Under the pieces are notes generated by a model. That model saw nothing but the letters and a program-made list of their open reading frames with translations. It was not told the DNA's origin and ran no database searches. From a virus (taxonomy: Duplodnaviria > Caudoviricetes), in the IMG/VR virus record IMGVR_UViG_2884152688_000003, positions 32,001-96,000 of that record: DNA of 64,000 bases, one strand, 5' to 3'. Of the stretch, positions 60,093 through 64,000 are shown piece after piece. Numbering within the stretch: position 1 is the stretch's first letter; the number at the start of each line of letters is the position of its first letter. The translations under genes were made by a program, and so were the position numbers.

Positions 60093-60347
60093 TACTTTTT
60101 CTTCTTTTTTATCTTTAAATCTTTTTAAATACCATATCGCCTTATCTAGATCTTGATATCCACCCTTATCATTACATCTCCATATATACTTAATTGCATT
60201 AGATAAAGATACCGATTCTTTGGATGTGAAGTCACTACAGATATATTCCATAGCGTCTATACACTCTATATCACCTCTATTATATCTGGCAGGGTGATTT
60301 ATTTCTTCTTTTATTATGTTTTTTTGTTTTTTATTATCTTTTTTTAT
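60084..60347 (-). CDS. DUF3310-family protein (not in ORF track)
   Basis: INHPARYNRGDIECID...NAIKYIWR...KGGYQDLDKAIWYL. No ATG/GTG/TTG in frame; ATA 60347 follows GGAGTG. Confidence 0.75.
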   Translation of the reverse strand: MKKDNKKQKNIIKEEINHPARYNRGDIECIDAMEYICSDFTSKESVSLSNAIKYIWRCNDKGGYQDLDKAIWYLKRFKDKKEEKVLT

Positions 60348-60383
60348 GTCAAAATCACTCCATTCTGTATTAAAATCGTGGTT

Positions 60384-61043
60384 TTATTGTTTGTGTCTCC
60401 ACCTACATATATTGTTAATTTTCATAAGCTTTAAAGGTTCTTTTTCTAAATCTAAATTTTTAAAATAATGGGCTATATGTGAACAAGAAAATGCATCTGT
60501 ATAATGTATATACCTTTTCCCCCTTGCACTTGTAGACAATAAATTTCCTGAATCACCTACATATAAATAATTATATGAATCCGCCATTTTATCCACCCAA
60601 CTCAATTGTTCCAAATTGCATCTTTTTAATGTTTCATTCTCTTCTTCGTACTTAATGTTATAGAAAAACTTACTGTAAAGTTCCTCTGAATTTGTTATAT
60701 TATAACCTTGAAATACTCCAATATCATTATAAATCAATGATTCTATTTCTCCTATACCTTCTTCAAAATACACTTTGTCACCTACTTTGAATTTCGGTAT
60801 CTCTAGAGGGATTATATTCCTCATAATACCTAATATGGACTTCTTGTATTTCACCCAAGCTCCATAAATATGTTCGTTCTCATAAAAACACTCTAAATCC
60901 CCATCTTTTATCTTAAAATATCTACTACAATTTTCATTACTAAGATAGGCCTCAAATATTTGTTCTTCCTCTAAATTGTAGTATTCCATCGCAAATTCTA
61001 TTAATTTTAACTCTAACTTATCTTTTTTATTATTTTTATCCAT
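60384..61043 (-). CDS. Hypothetical protein
   Basis: 219-aa ORF with GGAGTG RBS. Confidence 0.65.
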   Translation of the reverse strand: MDKNNKKDKLELKLIEFAMEYYNLEEEQIFEAYLSNENCSRYFKIKDGDLECFYENEHIYGAWVKYKKSILGIMRNIIPLEIPKFKVGDKVYFEEGIGEIESLIYNDIGVFQGYNITNSEELYSKFFYNIKYEEENETLKRCNLEQLSWVDKMADSYNYLYVGDSGNLLSTSARGKRYIHYTDAFSCSHIAHYFKNLDLEKEPLKLMKINNICRWRHKQ

Positions 61044-61272
61044 TATTTTTCACTCCACGATTTTGTTCTTTACTTTTAACCATTTCATATCTAAGATTCA
61101 ATATATTAAAGTATGGCATCATTGCATCATGCTGTAATGTAAGTAATAACTTGTCGGTATCATCTAATTCACTATCTTCTTCTAACAATATCTCGGTTAT
61201 TTTTACCATTCTTTCGTCTAATTCTTTTAATTCTCTTCTCATCCTACTTATATAATTCATTTTTTTCTCCAT
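61036..61272 (-). CDS. Small coiled-coil phage protein
   Basis: RMRRELKELDER...LQHDAM..YFNILNLR pattern. Confidence 0.65.
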   Translation of the reverse strand: MEKKMNYISRMRRELKELDERMVKITEILLEEDSELDDTDKLLLTLQHDAMMPYFNILNLRYEMVKSKEQNRGVKNNG

Positions 61273-61756
61273 ATAAAATTATTTTATTTTCTTTTAAACT
61301 TTTTTGAACATCAATTACCCTTTGATTTGTAGAACCAGCATATTTATAATTCAAATCTGCTTTTTCTTGTTCAAACTTTCCGTCTACCAATACGTCTATA
61401 TACTTTAACAAATCAGGTGTCCTCATTAATTCCTCATATCTGTATCCAGTATATACCCATATCGTTTTGTTAGGATTAGTTTCTTTGAAGAACTTAATTA
61501 TCTCTGAAACTTCTTTTCTATTTCCTAGGTGAAATGGATCTCCCCCACTTAATGTTAAGCCAGATATATAAGATTTCTTCACCTTATACATAAGTTCAAC
61601 CATTGCATTAGCATCAAACTCTATTCCACTATTTGTATCCCAAGTTTCCTTGTTATGGCAAGATGGACAACCATGAGAACATCCAGCTACCCATAATACA
61701 GTTCTTAATCCTTCTCCGTTTAGCATGTCATCCGTTGTTATGTTATGATAATTCAA
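61244..61756 (-). CDS. nrdG: Anaerobic ribonucleotide reductase activating enzyme
   Basis: NGEGLR, CxxxCxxC radical SAM motif, SGGDP, GSTNQR. Confidence 0.95.
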   Translation of the reverse strand: MNYHNITTDDMLNGEGLRTVLWVAGCSHGCPSCHNKETWDTNSGIEFDANAMVELMYKVKKSYISGLTLSGGDPFHLGNRKEVSEIIKFFKETNPNKTIWVYTGYRYEELMRTPDLLKYIDVLVDGKFEQEKADLNYKYAGSTNQRVIDVQKSLKENKIILYGEKNELYK

Positions 61757-61767
61757 TTTATCACCTC

Positions 61768-63945
61768 TTACATGCTTATTCTGTCTTTTATTTCTGCCAT
61801 TTTACCAGCATTTAATCTTGTGTCACCTTTTACTCTACTATAAGATAGATAACCATTCATCCTATCTATCTTTGTTAGATTTCTGCTTCCACACTTTGGA
61901 CAAGTATCCATGTTTAGTTCTTCATGCCCACATTCTTCGCAATAAGAAAGAGAGAGATTTATCCCTTCATAAAAACCTAAGTCCATTGCTCTTCTAACTA
62001 GGTCTTTAATTGCTTTTTTATTATATGATATTGGGTATTTACAGTATTGTATTTTTCCACCATTACACAAATCCCAAAATCTTTTCTCATAATCCTGTTT
62101 TTCTATAGGGCTTATATTCTCAGATACATGGCAGTGAAATGAATTTGAAACGTATTCCTTATCGGAAACATTCTCTACTATTCCATATTTCTTTCTAAAT
62201 TGTTGAACTTGTTTCATAGTTAATGATTCGGCAGGAGTACCGTATAGGGCGTACAATAAGCCATCTTCTTCTTTGAATTTTTGGGCCTTTCTATTAATAT
62301 AACTCATGACTTCCAATGCAAAATTACCATCTTCAACTAAGGATTTCTGATTATAAAGTTGTTGCAACTCATTTAACGCTGTTATTCCGAAACTCAAAGT
62401 GAAAGATTTTATTACAGATTTAATTTTTTCCTCTGGGTCTAAGTTTCCACCATAGAATCCTCCTTCACAAAAACCTAAAGGGTTTGTTTTAGCTTTCATT
62501 TCACCTAAATAGTTAAAAGTTCTAATATGTATTCCTCTTATTAGTTCTAAATAATAATCTAAAACATCATAAAAGTTTTTATTCTCTTGCTTTGATTTAG
62601 CTAAAATCATAGGTAAATTTAAAGATATTGCCCCTAAATTTGCTCTACCTATAAAAATAGGTTCATCTTCATTATTTAAAGGTTCTATTCCACCTTCTTG
62701 ATACCAAGGAGAAAGAAAGGCTCTACATCCCATTGGGCTAACTGCTTTTCCGTATTTTTTATACATATCTGATACATAGCCTTCGCCAGTTAAACTTAAA
62801 AAGTCTGGATACATAGCAACTGAGGAACAGTCTATAGCCAAGTCGAATATATCTTCTGATTCCTTGCCCTCACCATGTAATTCTTCATCATATAAAAATA
62901 TTAATTTGGGGAATAAAACTGGTTTTTTATAACCCTTTTTCCCCTGCCCTTCTTTTCTTACCTTTAAACATGCCTCCGATATCATTTTTCCAAAAGTATC
63001 GTCTTGTAATCCAAATGTAATCGAAGTAAAGGGGTAGTCTCCCCTGCTACTACCAACAGTGTTTAACTTGTATTCTAAGCCTTGGAATCCTTGTTCTAAA
63101 TCTCTTTGCACTTTTCTCATAGTATATCTGTCTCTTTTTTTCTTATATCTTTCACTTTGCAAAAGAGAATCTATTTCCATATTTAACGATTCACAAGTAG
63201 CCTTATTAACTTCATCATATTCTTTTGAATACTTATTATAAGACTTTATAACATACTTATGTAGTACTTTGTCTATTTCTGGGACTGTGAGCCCACCGTA
63301 TTGTTGACTAGACGCACTTGTTATTATATCCCCCAATACGTCAAATGCTGTATCTATAGTTTTTGGTTCATTATACCAAATGTTACCCATTTCAAATCCA
63401 TCAGATAATATTTTTTCTACATCTAATAAACAACAATTTAAACAGTCTCTTCGAGCATTCATATCATGGATATAGATATATCCATCCTTTATAGCTTCTA
63501 ATTCTGGTATGGATAAGAAGAATCTTTTATATAATTCTTTATTTAATTCACCATAAATCAAGCTTCTCTTTGTTGATACAAGCGTTGAATCTGCATTGCT
63601 ATTTTCTTTGTCGCCTATATACATTATCTTCTGTGCTTCCTTGTAGACATCATCAAGCATTGCTACAAAATCAGTCTTATAATTACGATAATCCTTGTAA
63701 GACTTTGCAACATCTGGATTCACGTCATCTAAGGCCTTTTCTACAATTCTATGCATATCTAAGACAGAAACTATTTCTTTATTTTTTTCATCAATATATT
63801 TTTTTACAGCCTCATAAATATTAATTAAATCTTCATCTTTTAAATCTACCAAAACTCTGTTCGCTGATTTTCTGACCGCATTATATACTTTGTCTATATC
63901 GAAGTCTTCTAATATTCCATTCTTTTTTTCTACTTCTATTGTCAA
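61768..63945 (-). CDS. nrdD: Anaerobic (class III) ribonucleoside-triphosphate reductase
   Basis: ATP cone, NCCL, MGCR, TPAES, CxxC...CxxC and RMNGYL glycyl-radical motif. Confidence 0.96.
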   Translation of the reverse strand: MTIEVEKKNGILEDFDIDKVYNAVRKSANRVLVDLKDEDLINIYEAVKKYIDEKNKEIVSVLDMHRIVEKALDDVNPDVAKSYKDYRNYKTDFVAMLDDVYKEAQKIMYIGDKENSNADSTLVSTKRSLIYGELNKELYKRFFLSIPELEAIKDGYIYIHDMNARRDCLNCCLLDVEKILSDGFEMGNIWYNEPKTIDTAFDVLGDIITSASSQQYGGLTVPEIDKVLHKYVIKSYNKYSKEYDEVNKATCESLNMEIDSLLQSERYKKKRDRYTMRKVQRDLEQGFQGLEYKLNTVGSSRGDYPFTSITFGLQDDTFGKMISEACLKVRKEGQGKKGYKKPVLFPKLIFLYDEELHGEGKESEDIFDLAIDCSSVAMYPDFLSLTGEGYVSDMYKKYGKAVSPMGCRAFLSPWYQEGGIEPLNNEDEPIFIGRANLGAISLNLPMILAKSKQENKNFYDVLDYYLELIRGIHIRTFNYLGEMKAKTNPLGFCEGGFYGGNLDPEEKIKSVIKSFTLSFGITALNELQQLYNQKSLVEDGNFALEVMSYINRKAQKFKEEDGLLYALYGTPAESLTMKQVQQFRKKYGIVENVSDKEYVSNSFHCHVSENISPIEKQDYEKRFWDLCNGGKIQYCKYPISYNKKAIKDLVRRAMDLGFYEGINLSLSYCEECGHEELNMDTCPKCGSRNLTKIDRMNGYLSYSRVKGDTRLNAGKMAEIKDRISM

Positions 63946-64000
63946 TTAACCACCTATTCTTTCTATTAATGTGGGATACTCATTAGACCACTTCACTGAA

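Noticed and set aside
60348-60386. Read-through fusion of the 219-aa ORF to DUF3310
   Set aside because: They are in the same frame across one TAA, but a GGAGTG RBS before ATA 60347 explains independent initiation more simply. Not fully excluded.
61768-63945. Intron or intein in nrdD
   Set aside because: The ORF is continuous, of normal length, with no splicing motifs.

Overview
About 64 kb of a low-GC temperate siphophage of an anaerobic Firmicute, with SPbeta/c-st-like gene order (host family is inference). Left to right: minus-strand early genes (ArdA-like, small membrane peptides); a ~1.4-kb non-coding strand switch; a sigma-like regulator; a plasmid-type origin (four 21-bp iterons plus Rep_3 initiator); an IS200/IS605 element; a non-coding RNA cluster (tRNA-Asn, a long hairpin, a tRNA-like remnant, a ~580-nt ROOL-like RNA); the head, tail and lysis module; two Fst-like type I TA loci; two tyrosine recombinases and a subtilase; then minus-strand DNA metabolism genes (RuvC, ATP ligase, C5 MTase, nrdG, nrdD). 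The main observation is that two consecutive tail-module genes, one of them the tape measure gene, are each split by a group I intron/IS605 hybrid (IStron) inserted 3' of TTAT and ending in TCAG. Exact removal of each restores an in-frame gene. The two IStrons share ribozyme and ends but carry TnpB nucleases of different types. All calls come from reading the sequence by eye; no database searches were run.
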